This document shows, in pieces, positions 63,210-64,000 of a DNA stretch of 64,000 nucleotides (position 1 is its first letter; the number at the start of each line of letters is the position of its first letter). This DNA comes from Amphiscolops sp. MND2022. Taxonomy: Eukaryota. The notes beneath the pieces were generated by a model. It made no database searches, was not told where the DNA came from, and saw only the letters and a program-made list of their open reading frames with translations. Position numbers and translations under genes: made by a program. Location: NCBI GenBank assembly GCA_964187785.1, contig OZ076414.1, forward strand, positions 40,982,001-41,046,000. The letters are read 5' to 3'.

Positions 63210-64000
63210 GGTGAATAAAACAAGCCGGGACCGGCCCAAGTCGGCGCCATATCCAAGGCTCAAAATTGGGCGCCATATCCAAGGCCCAATCCAAGGCTCA
63301 TATCCAAGGCTCAAAAAGGCTCTATAAAATTCATAAAAGGGTGAGGTGAATACAACAAGCCGGGACCGGCCCAAGTCGGCGCCATATCCAAGGCTCAAAA
63401 AGACACTTCTGAAATTGTCAACATTTTTGTCGCAGTTGAAGGGGGACCCTTTGGAGAAAAAACAAATTTCCGAAAAAAAGTCTCACAATGCCGAAAAACT
63501 GAAAGGGGGAACCTTTGGAATTTTAAACACCAATCTGTTGTAAAATATCAAAGAAATTGAAGGGGAACCCTTTGAAGAGAAAAAATCGAAAAAAGTACAT
63601 ACTTAAAAAAATGGACCGAATGGCGCGCTAAAGTCTCACAATGCCGAAAAACTGAAAAAGGGGACCCTTTGAGGTTTTTCAACATCCATTCTGTCGCAAA
63701 ACATGAAAAAATTGAAGAAAACAAAATTTTTTATTTTCGGGAAAAAGTCTCACAATGCCGAAAAACTGAAAGGAGGAACCCTTTGGGATTTTCCAACATC
63801 CATTCTGTCGCAAAACATCAAAAAAATGCAGGGGGGACCCTTTGAGGAAAAAAATTCCGAAAAAAAATGTCTCGCAGTGCTGAAAAAAATTGAAAGGGGG
63901 GACTCTTTGGTCTCGCCCGGTATGGTATGTTATGCGGAAAAACAGGAAAAACCTTTTTGGTTCAGTTCGCTAGGCCAAATGGTGCAATTTGACACAATAT
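63210..64000 (+). repeat. Host dispersed repeat family A with duplicated head and tandem TCACAATGCCGAAAAACTGAAAGGGG sub-repeats
   Basis: Heads at about 63218 and 63353; sub-repeats at about 63483, 63635, 63750 and 63872. Confidence 0.75.

Overview
Animal genomic DNA, apparently invertebrate; the species cannot be identified from the sequence alone. Most of the window (1-53471, minus strand) is the 5' part of a NALCN sodium-leak/cation channel gene. I traced 19 coding exons with consistent splice phases, from the start codon to the domain III pore. Two NALCN introns are each expanded to about 19 kb by a complete Polinton/Maverick (adintovirus-like) element. Element 1 (E1, 5217-22947) has core genes on the minus strand, a 6-bp TSD TCGGCG, TIRs of about 70-75 bp, and several nonsense, frameshift and deletion lesions. 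Element 2 (E2, 28719-46664) has core genes on the plus strand, a 6-bp TSD AACATA, 92-bp TIRs, and all core ORFs open. Both have AGTAGT...ACTACT ends and encode pPolB, an rve integrase, a packaging ATPase, major and minor capsid proteins and an adenain protease. The notable cargo is: (1) an ErbB-ligand-type EGF-domain membrane or secreted protein as the first gene of both elements; (2) a DEDD/Zn nuclease-like protein; (3) in E1, a captured and diverged ribosomal protein uS5 (RPS2) homolog and a candidate PP1-docking protein; (4) tRNA-derived RNA polymerase III promoter units next to a TIR in both elements; (5) unrelated subterminal tandem arrays (about 84 bp and about 176 bp) after pPolB. The rest of the window holds an intronic tRNA-Phe, a 5'-truncated LINE, a five-exon DCTN2 (dynamitin) gene at 56963-60558 with one apparent GG-AG intron, two long near-perfect palindromes and abundant host dispersed repeats. 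All family assignments come from motif recognition, not database searches.
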